A stretch of 64,000 bases of DNA from Squalus acanthias (taxonomy: Eukaryota). Positions 52,630 to 64,000 of this stretch are shown here, piece by piece (the first letter of the stretch is position 1; each line of letters opens with the position of its first letter). The stretch lies in contig CM059430.1 of assembly GCA_030390025.1 (NCBI GenBank), positions 61,504,001 to 61,568,000 of the forward strand, given 5' to 3'. Below the pieces are notes generated by a model, which was given only the letters and a program-made list of their open reading frames with translations, had not been told where the DNA came from and did no database searches. The translations under genes were made by a program, and so were the position numbers.

Positions 52630-54979
52630 ACCTGATGACTCCAAGTGATTTAGAGACACAGAGTGTCCACAACGCCTGGTCTGCAATCAAGGCCTCCATA
52701 ATCAGCACCTGTGACGAGATGCTCGGTCACTCGACAAGGAAACACCAAGACTGGTTCGACGAGAATGACCAGGAGATCCAGGAGCTAATAAGTCGCAAAC
52801 GCAAGGCATTCCTGATCTGGAAACAGCAACAGAACTCGAGAGCAAGAACGCAGCTCTATAGACGGCTGAAGGCCGAGGTCCAACAAAAAACTCATGACCT
52901 AAAGAACAGATGGTGGGTGGAGAAAGCGCAGGAGATCCAGCAACTAGCCGACAACCACGACGTACGTGGATTCTTTCGCGCAGTGAAGGCCACCTACGGC
53001 CCAAGCACCCAAGATCCTACCCCACTGTGGGCCAAGAACGGAGAAGTGCTCATCAAGGACAGAGAGGCAGTCAGTGCCCGCTGGAAGGAGCACTTCGAAG
53101 ATCTCCTTAACCGAGACTCTGTCTTCGACGCGAGTGTCCTCAACTCCATCCTGCAGCATGCTACCCGCCACCACCTCAGCACAACCCCAGCGGCATGAGT
53201 TGGAAAAGGCCATCTGACAACTGAAGAACAACAAGGCCTCAGGAGCAGATGGAATCCCCACCGAGGCACTAAAACATGGTGTAAAAGCCCTATTGGTGCG
53301 AATACATGAACTCATTTCTCGTTTTTGGAAGGAGGAGAGCATGCCAGGGGATCTCAGAGATGCCGTAATCGTGACAATCTTCAAGAAAGGTGACAAGTCT
53401 GATTGCAGTAATTACAGAGGAGTCTCCCTGCTGACTGTCACAGGGAAAGTCATCGCAAGAATCCTCCTCAATTGCCTTCTCCCAGTGGCTGAAGAGCTCC
53501 TTCCAGAGTCACAATGCGGATTCCGCCCACTAAGGGGCACAATGGATATGGTCTTCACTGCGTGTTAACTGCAAGAGAAATACAGGGAACAGTACCAACC
53601 GCTGTACATGGCTTTCTTTGACCTGACAAAGACCTTCGATACCATTAACCCTGAGGGATTATGGAGTGTCCTCCTCAAATTCGGTTGCATTCAAAATTTG
53701 GTCACCATCCTCCACCTGCTTCACGATGACATGCAAGCCGTGATCCTGACCAACGGATCCACGACAGACCCAATTCAAGTATGGACCAAGTTCAAGCAAG
53801 GCTGTGTCATCGCACCAACGCTTTTCTCGATCTTCCTGGCTGCAATGCTCCAGTTACCCTCAGTAATCTCCCCGCTGGAGTGGAGCTAATCTACAGAACA
53901 AACGGGAACTGTTCAACCTCCGTCGCCTCCAGTGCAGATCCAAGGTCCTCCCTTCCTCTGTCATCGATTTACAATATGCAGATGATGCTTGCATTTGCGC
54001 ACACTCTGAGGCCGAACTTTAAACCATCAACAACACCTTCACTGAAGCGTAGGAGAGCATGGGCCTGACACTAAACATCTGTAAGACAAAGGTCCTCTAC
54101 CAACCTTCCCCCACCACACAGTACTACTCCCCGATTATCAAAATCCATGACGAGGCCTTGGACAACGTGGACCACTTTCCATACCTCGGGAGCCTACTGT
54201 CAACAAGGGCAGAAGTCGATGACGAATCCAACACTGCCTTCAGTGTACCTGTGCAGCCTTCGGTCGCTTGAGGGAGAGAGTGTTTGAAGACTAGGACCTC
54301 AAACCCAGCACCAAGCTCATGGTCTACAGAGCAGTAGTGATACCCGCCCTCCTGTATGCTTCAGAGACATGGAGCATGTACAGCAGGCACCTCAAAGCAC
54401 TGGAGAGGTACCACCAATGCTGCCTCCGCAAGATCCTGCAAATCCATTGGCAGGATAGGCGCACCAAATTCAGTGTTCTCGCTCAGGCCAACATCCCCAG
54501 CATCGAAGCTTTCACCGCGCTCGATCAGCTACAATGGACAGGTCACATTGTCCGCATGCCCGATAGGAGACTCCCAAAACAAGCGCTGTACTCGGAGCTC
54601 CGACACAGCAAGAGAGCCCCAGGTGGGCAGAGGAAACGCTTCAAGGACACCCTCAAAGCCTCCTTGAAAAAGTGCAACATCCCCACTGACACCTGGGAAT
54701 CCCTGGCCCAGGACCGCAAAAAGTGAAGGAGAAGCATCCTGGTAGGCACCAAACTCCTCGAGTCTCTTTGCCGGGAGCAAGCGGAAGTCAAGCGCAAACA
54801 GCAGAAGTTGTGCACATCAACCCAAGCACCCCACCCACCCGCCCCTTCAACCACCATCTGCCCCACCTGTGACAGAGACTTTAGGTCCCGCATTGGACTC
54901 ATCAGTCACCTGAAAACTCAATTTTAATGTGGCAGCATGTCATCCTCGCTTCCGAGGGACTGCCTAAGAAGAAGAAGAA
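52630..54979 (+). mobile_element. RTE-clade (BovB-like) LINE, 5'-truncated and disrupted
   Basis: HQDWFDENDQEI, NYRGVSLL, ESQCGFR, KQGCVIAPTLF, YADD, C-terminal CPTC..H zinc finger, (GAA)n tail. Confidence 0.9.
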
Positions 54980-56360
54980 ACCTGGAGGTCATGGTGTTCC
55001 CCTGTGCTGCTGCTCTTGTCCTTCTATGTGGTAGGGTTTGCGGATTTGGGATGTGCTGTCGAAGAAGCCTTGGCATTGCATCTTGTAGATGGTACACACT
55101 GCAACCACGGTGCACTGCCAGTGGGGGTTTTGACTATTTAAGGTGGTGGATGGGGTGCCTATCAAGTGGGCTGCTTTGTCCTGGATGGTTTTGAGCTTCA
55201 TGAGTGTTATTGGAGCTGCACTTATCCAGGCATTGAAGAGTATTCCATCAGACTGCTAACTTTTGCCTTGTACATGGCGGAAAATCTTTGGGGAGTCAGG
55301 AGGTGCATCACTCGCCGCGGAATACCCAGCCTCTGACCTACTCTTGTAGCCACAATATTTCTGTGGCTGGTCCAGTTGCGTTTCTGGTCATTGGTGACCC
55401 CCAGGATGTTGACTGACAGGAATTAGACGATGGTAAAGCCGTTGAATGTCAAGGGGAGGTGGTTAGACGCTTTCTTGTTGGTAATGGCCAATGCCTGCAA
55501 CGTTTGTGGTGAAAATGTTACTTGCCAGTTACCAGCGCAAGCCTGAATGTTGTCTAGGTCTTGCTGCATGAGTGCAAAAACTGCCTCATTATCTGAGGAG
55601 TTGTGAATGGAAATAAACACTGTGCAATCTTCAGCGGACATCCAATTTCTGACCATATGATGGAGGGAAGCGCATTAATGAAGTAGCTGAAGACGGTTTG
55701 GCCTAGGCCACTATAATGCGGTACACCTGCAGCGATGTCCTGGGGCTAAGATGATTGGTCTCCAACAACCACAAACATCTTTCTTTGTGCTAGGTATGAC
55801 TCCAGCCAATGGAGAACTTTTCCCCCTTATTCCCATTGACTTCAATTTTACTAGGGCTCCTTGATGCCACACTCGGTCAAATTCTCCCTAGATGGCAAGG
55901 GCAGTCACTCTCACATCACCTATGAATTCAACTCTTTTGTCCATGTTAGTACAAAGGCTGTAATGTTGTCTGGAGCCTAGTGGTCCTGGCGGAAACCGAA
56001 CTGAGCATCGGTGAGCACTAAGTGCCACTTGAAAGCACTGTCAACGACACCTTCCATCACTTTGATGGATATTGAAGTCTCCTACCGAGAGTACATTTGT
56101 GCCCTTGCTGCCCTCAGTGCTTCTTCGAAGTGGTGTTCAACGTGGCACTCTTTCACTAGCTGATGGACGGCAGTAAGTGGTAATCAGCAGGAGGTTTCCT
56201 TGCCCACGTTTGACCTGATGCCAGGAGACTTCATGGGGTCCGGAGTCAATGTTGAGGACTTCCATGGCCAATCTTTCTCGATTGTATACCACTGTGCTGC
56301 CACCTCTTGTGGGTGCGTCTTGCTGGTGGGACAGTACATACCCAGGGATGGTGATACAGG
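54980..56360 (-). mobile_element. Second-family CR1/L2-group LINE, degraded
   Basis: MQQDLDNIQAC..WQVTF; KTIQDKAAHLIGTPS. Confidence 0.8.
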
Positions 56361-57204
56361 AGTCTGAAGCATATAAATATAACTTCTCTGCTTCTTACAA
56401 TCAATGGAGCGGAGGTGCAAAAGTTCACAATATTCGCTCTCAGCCTATGCCCGAAACACAAGCATGAAACGTTTGTCCTTTTGTTTATATACCAACTTAC
56501 AAGCCATGAATTTCCATAGCGATTGCCCCAGTTTTTCAGCCATTTGCTCTGTTTCTCTAAAAAAAAAATTGCCAGTCTATTGTCGAAGTTATGGCAGATC
56601 ACGCCCGCTAAATTTAATGGCATACTTTAATAAGAGTAAAATTTTGGTTTGGAAACCACAGTCACAATGTTGCTAATCACTGGGTCTGTCTCTCACAGGT
56701 GTTGTCTAAGCAGTTCACAACAGAGAACAGCATCACTTTCATTTGAGAATTCAATATCCAATTTATTTCAAAGTCTTTTGGAAAAAGCAAATCAATTTTC
56801 AAACTATCAGTACTGAAGGGAAATACCCTCTACTATTAAATTCCTTTTGATGCACAGGCAGTATGTAGGGAAATTCTGCAAAGTATGAATGCTCAGAATG
56901 CAAAAATTGCTCGCTGTAAAATTCTGCAAGACACACAAACTCATAATCCACAGATGTAGTTGAACGTCCCCTCCAACTGCTGTGAGCTAAACAAATATCC
57001 AATCGAAGTCTAAGCTTTTAAGACAGGTTAAGACCTTGAAACAAAAACTTTAAGGACGCTTTTAAAAGATGCAAAAGTCAATTGAGTGGGTACATATAAG
57101 CAGTAGCAACATTATGTTTTACAGTTTCATTTGTCCTGACAACGGATACAGAGTTAACATGAACAATTATCAAAAAGTTCACGTTTTCCGATATAATTGC
57201 TTCA

Positions 57205-59085
57205 GAACATAAGAAATAGGAGCAGGAATAGACCACTTGGCCCCTCGAGCCTGCTCCGCCATTCAATAAGATCATGGCTGATCTTGGGCTCAAAGCCACT
57301 TCCCTGCCCGCTCCCCAGAACTCTTCAATCCCTTATCTTGAAAAAATCTGTCTATCTCCACCTTAAATGTATTTATTGACCCAGCCTCCACGACTCTCTG
57401 GGGCAGAGAATTACACAGATTTAAAACCCTCTGAGAGAAGAAATTCCTCCTCATCTCAGTTCTAAAAGGGCGACCCTTTATTCTGAAACTATGCCCCCGA
57501 GTTCTAGATTTCCCCAAGAGGGGAAACATCTTCTCTGCATCTACCTTGTCGAGCCCCCTCAGTATCTTATATATTTCAATAAGATCACCTCTCATTCGCC
57601 TAAATTCCAATGAGTATAGGTCCAACCTGCTGAACCTTTCTTCAAAAGTCAACCCCCTCATCTCAGGAATCAACCGTGTGAATCGTCTCTGAACTGCCTC
57701 CAATGCAAGTATATCCTTCCTTAATTAAGGAGACCAAAACCGTACGCAGTACTCAAGGTATGGTCTCAACAATACCCTGTACAGTTGTAGCAGGACTTCC
57801 CTGCTTTTATACTCCAACCCCCTTGCAATAAAGGCCAACATTCCATTTGCCTTTTTGATTACCTGCCGTACCTGCATGCTAACTTTTTGTGTTTCATGCT
57901 CAAGGACCCCCAGGTCCCTCTGAACTGTAGCATTTTGTAATCTCTCTCCATTTAAATAATAATTTGCTTTTTTATTTTTCCTGCCAAAGTGGATAACCTC
58001 GCACTTTCCCACATTATACTCCACCTGCCAAATGTTTGCCCACTCACTCAGCCTGTCTATATCCCTTTGCAGATTCTTTGAGTCCTCTGCACAACTTACT
58101 TTCCCACCCATCTTTGTATCATCTGCAAACTTGGCTACATTACACTCGGTCCCTTCATCCAAGTCATGAATGTAAATTGTAAATAGGTGAGGCCCCAGCA
58201 CCGATCCCTATGGCACCCCACTAGTTACCGTTTGCCAACCGGAAAATGACCCATTCATTCCGACTCTCTGCTTTCTGTTAGTTAGCCAATTCTCTATCCA
58301 TGCTAATATATTACCCCCAACTCCGTGAGCTCTTATCTTTTGCAGTAACCTTTTATGTGGCACCCTATCGAATGCCTTCTGTAAATCCAAATACACCACA
58401 TCCACTGGCTCACCCTTATCCACCCTGCTCGTAACATAATCAAAGAACTCCAGCAAATTTGTTAAACATGATTTCCCTTTCATAAAACCATGCTGACTCT
58501 GCTTGACTGCATTATGATTTTCCAAATGCCCTGCTACTGCTTCCTTAATGAAGGACTCCAGCATTGTCCAACGACAAATGTTATGCTAATTGGTCTATAG
58601 TTTCCTGCTTTCTGTCTCCCTCTTTTCTTAAATAGTTGTGTTACATTTGCAGTTTTCCAATCCGCTGGGACCTCTCCAGAGTCCAGGGAATTTTGGTATG
58701 TTGCAACCAATGCATCCTCTATCTCTGCAGCCACTTCTTTTAAGCCCGTGGGATGCAGGCCATCTGGTCCAGGGGAGTTGTCGTCTTTTAGTCCCATTAT
58801 TTCACAAAGTACTTTTTCCTTAGTGATAGTGATTGTCTTTAGCTCCCATTTCCCTGTGGCCCCTTGATTATCCATTATTGGGATGTTGTTAGTGTCTTCT
58901 AGCATGAAGACAGATGCAAAATATTTGTTCAGAGTCTCAGCCATTTCCCTGTTACCCATTATCAATTCCCCATTCTCATCCTCTAAGGGAACAACGTCTA
59001 TTTTAGCTACTATCTTCCTTATACTATACATGTAGAAGCTCTTACTTTCTGTTTTAATATTTCTTGCCAGTTTACTCTCTTTGTT
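57205..59085 (-). mobile_element. CR1 LINE, 5'-truncated RT
   Basis: [38 protein letters not shown]; tail aacataagaa. Confidence 0.92.
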
Positions 59086-60009
59086 GATTGAAAATTCATA
59101 AATGATTGAAAAAGTACTAACTACAGCTGCATTCTGCAATATAATGCTAAAATATGCGCGGTGGCAGATGGGTGGTAATCTTGGGCCAGTTTTTGGTCTC
59201 AGTGGAGAGATTACCAAGTTAAAAGAGACAAACGGAAATCCCGTCGGAGAGAAGAGCAGAAGTTCTTCAAGGTGGGCATTCCCAGAAGAGAAGAGGCAGT
59301 GAATTAAACACTAATACAAAAGTAAAATACTTTTGATCTGGAAGGTATTTACGGCAAAAACATGTTTGCATTCACAAGAAATAGCAACCAAAGCAAGCCC
59401 CACCACGCACACACATACACACACACATTGGCTGCTGATATGCTGAATGGCACACGAAGCTGCTACGAGATTTCGTATGTCATATATGACTCAACCATTG
59501 AACTGCAACTTGAATTATAAACTATTGATTATGACGAAATAATAATCATTAACTTTTACTATTTTTCAGAATTAACACCTTTTCCTTAATGTAAAAACAT
59601 TTGATTTACCCAATTGCATTTATGTTGTATTAGCTGAAGGCATTCAAAAGCTAATTGCTCGGAGCAACAGGAGAAACAACGGCAACAAATTGTTCGCACT
59701 CTCTCGGTCAGTTCAACGTGAGAACGACATATGATTTATATAGGATAATGTACAATACAGCAGGTTAAAATTTTCGCATAAGTAAAGTGTATTACAGGTT
59801 CAGTTGCATAGAGCGCTATAGTAAAGATGAAAGTGCAGAAACCAGCGACGTATATTAGATATGATTCGGTAGAAAGCTTAGAACATCTGCGAGAAATAAT
59901 GAAAATAGTTTAACATTACAGAAGTTAGAATTAATATTTTTGTATTATGAGAATGTATTCTGTGTGATAGTGGCTAACACATGGCTTAGATTAGGCCGTT
60001 AGGGTTCTG

Positions 60010-61660
60010 CAACACCACTTGGAAGAAGCCCTGAGAATAACAAGTGCACAGAATATACTCTGGGTGGGGAACTTCAATGACCATCAACAAGAGTAGCTCG
60101 GTAGCACCACTACTGACCGAACTAGCCGAGTCCTGAAGGATATAGCTGCCAGTCTGGTCCTGCGACAGGTGGTGAGAGAACCAACACGAGGGAAAAACCT
60201 ACTTGACCTCATCTTCACCAATCTACCTGTCGCAGATGCATCTGTCCATGACAGCATTGGTAGCAGTGACCACCGCACAGTCATTGTGGAGACGATGTCC
60301 CGTCTTCACTCTAAGGACACCCTCCATCGTGTCGTGCTAAATGGGATAGATTCAGAACAGGCAAGACTTACTCAACAATAACCTGCTCACTGATGCCCAG
60401 TTTGGGTTCCGCCAAGGCCAATCGGCTCCCGACCTCATTACAGCCTTGGTCCAAACATGGACAAAGGAGCTGAATTCCAGAGGTGAGGTGAGAGTGACTG
60501 CCCTTGACATCAAGGCAGCACTTGACCGAGTGTGGCATCAAGGAACCCGAATAAAACTGAAGTCAATGGGAATCGGGGGCAAAAACTCTCCACTGGCTGG
60601 AGTCATACCTAGCACAAAGGAAGATGGTTGTGGTGGTTAAAGGTCAATCATCACAGCCCCAGGACATCGCTGCAGGAGTTCCTCAGGGCAGTGTCCTAGG
60701 CCCAGCCATCTTCAGCTCCTTCATCAATGACCTTCCCTCCAACATAAGGTCAGAAATGGGGATGTTCGCTGATGACCACACAGTGTTCAGCACCATTCAC
60801 ATCTCCTCAGAAAATGAAGCAGTCCATGCCCTCATGCAACAAGACCTGGACAACGTTCAGGCTTGTGCTGATAAGTGGCAGGTAACATTCATGCCGCACA
60901 AGTGCCAGGCAATGACTATCTCCAACAATCGGGAGTCTAAGCACCGCCCCTTGACATTCAACGGCATTACCATCGCCGAATACCCCACAATCAACATCTT
61001 GGGGGTCACCATTGACCACAATCTTAACTGGACCAGCCACATAAATACTGTGGCAACAAGAGCAGTTCAGTGGCTGGGTATTCTGCGGTGAGTATATCAC
61101 CTCCTGACTCCTTTCCAGCATCTACAAGGCACAAGTAAGGAGTGTGATGGAATTCTCCCCACTTGCCTGAATGAGTGCAGCTCCAACAACACTCAAAAAG
61201 CTTGACACCAACCAGGACAAAGCAGCCCGCTTGATTGGCACCCCATCCACCACATTAAACATTCACTCCCTCCACCACTGGCGTACTGTGGCTGCAGTGT
61301 GTACCATCTACAAGATGCTCTGCCGCAACTCGCCAAGGCTTCTTCGGCAGCAGCTCTCAAACCCGCGACCTCTTCCACCTAGAAGGACAAGGGCAGCAGG
61401 CACATGGGAGCACCACCACCTCCAAGTTCCCCTCCAAGTAACACATCATCCTGACTTGGAAGTATATCGCCGTTCCTTCATCGTCGTTGGGTCAAAATCC
61501 TGGAACTCCCTCCCTAACAGCACTTTGGGACTACCTTCACCACACGGACTGCAGCGGTTCAAGAAGGCGGCTCGCCACCACCTTCTCAATGGCAATTAGT
61601 GATGGGCAAAAAATGTTGGCCTTGCCAGCGAAGCCCACATCCCATAAACGAATAAAAAAA
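60010..61660 (+). mobile_element. Second-family CR1/L2-group LINE with internal deletion
   Basis: EPTRGKNLLDL..SDH (APE); GVPQGSVLGP, MFADD (RT). Confidence 0.88.
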
Positions 61661-61734
61661 TGTGTATTACCGAGTCATCTCGATACCCAATATTTTCTGA
61701 CCTCAACCCAAGCCCACACCAGACAATCTCGTAA

Positions 61735-63640
61735 TAAAAACAGAAAATGCTGGAAACACTTAGCAGCTCCGGCAACGTCTGTGGAGATAGAGACAGAGTT
61801 AACATGATGTAATCGACCTGAAACCTTAACTCTGTTTCTCTCTCCACAGATCCTGCCTGACCCGCTGAGTGTTTCCAGCATTTTCTGCTTTTATTTCAGA
61901 TTTCCAGTCCACCGTATTTTGCTTTTGTACAAGGTATTTCCATATTCAGTATATCTGTTGGAAATTTCTTTAATAAAATATAAGGTAAGTTATGCTGAAT
62001 TATATTGTTGGCCACGTCAATTGAGTTACCAAATAGAACTTTCTGAGACTGTCTGAACTTCGAATGCTGTTCGAACAGCTTTATACAAATGTAAAACAAA
62101 CTCAAGCTGAGGAGAACAACCACTGGCCACAGAGCGACACAACAGTGATTAGATAATGACATGGTTTTCAAATCCTCACGATTATTGGATAAAGGAAAGA
62201 CAGAACGATAAATAATTGGAGAAAATGCCGGAAATACTCAGTAGGGGAGGCAGCAGCTGTGGAGAGAGAAACAGATTCAACGGTTCAGGTCGGTGACCTT
62301 TCGTCAGAACTGGAAAATCTTACAGCTGTAACAGGTTTTATGCAAGTACAGAGGCAGGGAAAGGGGGAGGAGAGGAAAGCACAGCAGTGTAGTCCTGTGA
62401 TGGGATGGAAGGCAGGAGTGATTACATGAAAAAAGGGATGACGGTACAAGACAAAATCGGCTGGTAATGGGACAAGTAAAGAAATAATAGATATGTCTAG
62501 AGGAGCTGTAAATGGCAACAAAAGAATCATTATCAGCAATTGCTGTCCGAAAAGAAATGGGAGCTGTGGTTATGATCTGAAATTGTTGAACTCGATGTTG
62601 AGTCCAGAAGGTTGTAAAGTGCCTAATCGAAAGATGAGCTGCTGTTCCTCGAGCTTCCGTTGAGTTTTATTGGAACCCTGTAGGAGGCCGAGAGCAGAGA
62701 GATCATAGTGGGAGTGGGACAGAGAATTAAAATGGCAAGCGGCCAGAAATTCAGCGTCATGCTTGTGGGCTGAATGGAGGTGTTCATCAAAGTGATCACC
62801 CAATCTGCGTTTGGTCTCCTCAATGTAGAGGAGACCACAACAGAAAATGCAGGAAACACTCAGCCAGTCAGACAGCATCCACTATCTCCACGGATGCTGC
62901 CGAACCTGACGAGTGTTTCCAGCATTTTCTGCTGGTATTTCAGATTTCCAGCATCCGCAGTATTTTGCTATTGTAGAGTAGTCCACATTGTAGCAAATAC
63001 AGTATACTAAATTGAGAGGAGTACAAGTAAATTGCTATTTCACCTGGAAGGTGTGTTGGGGCCTTGGATGGTGTGTAGGAGATGAATGGACAGGTGCTGC
63101 ATCTCTAGCGCTTGCACCGGGTAAGTGCTGTGGGAAGGAGAGCGGATGTAGGGCATAATTGAAGAGTGGCCCAGGGTGTCGCGGGGGTAACATGGACATT
63201 TTAATTCTCCATCCCACTCCCACTTTAATCTCTGTCCTCTGCCTCCTACACTGTTCCAAAGAAGCTCAACAGAAACTCGAGAACCAGCACTTCCATTAGA
63301 CACTTTACAGCCCTCAATATTGACTTCCACGAATGCAGGTCATACCACTGCTCCAATTTTTTCGGACAACATGTGCAGGTAATGGTTCTGCTGTTGTAAT
63401 TTACACCTCCTCTAGACCCATCTTTTGTTTTTTTACTTTTACTTTTTTACTTTTCCGATTACCACACTTTTTGCCTTTCACCATCATCCTTTTTTTCATT
63501 TAATCACTCCTGCCTTCCAATCTTTCACGGACCTTCCCTTTTTTTCTTCCCTCCCTTTCCCCCTTTCACTGCCACTTACATAAAAGCTTAAATCGCTAAC
63601 TTTTTCCCGTCCTGACGAAAGGCAATCGAGCTGAAGCGGC
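61735..63640. mobile_element. Cluster of Penelope-like fragments (pLTRs and GIY-YIG endonuclease remnant at 62570-62835, minus strand)
   Basis: LYIEETKRRLGDHFDEH...CHFNS...RKLEEQQLIFRLGTLQPSGLN; inverted pLTR pieces. Confidence 0.85.
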
Positions 63641-64000
63641 CGCTTGGGAGCGGGTCAGCTGGTTTCCAGGTTCCAATACGGCCCCCAACTGCATCGGCGC
63701 ACAGACGTGATTTTACGTTAATTGGCCTTGTTAAGCCCACCCTGCGGGCTTGCCGGTCAATTAAGAGTAAGCCAGTCAGATGACGTCATTTGATGATGCA
63801 TCATCTGCCGGTTTTCTCCAAGGGAACACACACAATTTTTTTTGACTGATGATATCTCATTGTATGACAGCATTGAGCTGCTGCAAACACAGACAATCAC
63901 TGTACAAAGGTGACCACTTGCACCTAGGCACTCCAGTGACTCCACTCCTTATGATAGAACAGATGGCAGCTGCAGCTGAGATTACAGAAGCGATCTGTCA
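63640..64000 (+). mobile_element. Harbinger-family fragment running off the window end
   Basis: gatgacgtcatttgatgatgcatcatc shared with 50550-50580 and 48470-48495. Confidence 0.65.

Noticed and set aside
61896-62171. ORF with hydrophobic N-terminus (CCVALWPVVVLLSLSLFYICI)
   Set aside because: Sandwiched between Penelope fragments, with no supporting exon chain or homology I can recognise.

Overview
Repeat-dense vertebrate genomic DNA, almost certainly from a cartilaginous fish (shark). The evidence is HER1-like CR1 LINEs, an HE1-type V-SINE, a Deu-domain SINE, Penelope pLTR fragments, an RTE LINE and PIF/Harbinger elements, many of them nested. Most ORFs in the supplied track are transposon debris. 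The one clearly intact host gene is on the minus strand (32582 to about 27830) and was assembled here by hand from splice sites; its C1 and TM exons are absent from the ORF track. It has four exons: leader, a single-exon germline-joined VJ-type Ig domain, an Ig C1 domain, and a transmembrane exon carrying Arg. All introns are phase 1, and the product is about 263 aa if the TM exon is terminal. This is a non-rearranging, antigen-receptor-like VJ-C1-TM(Arg) activating-type receptor with an unusually short V domain. Upstream (39.5-44.5 kb) there are weaker orphan exon candidates, including an uncharged TM segment that may belong to a paralog. Several Penelope-derived minimal hammerhead ribozyme motifs are present, two of them inside or just downstream of the gene on its sense strand.
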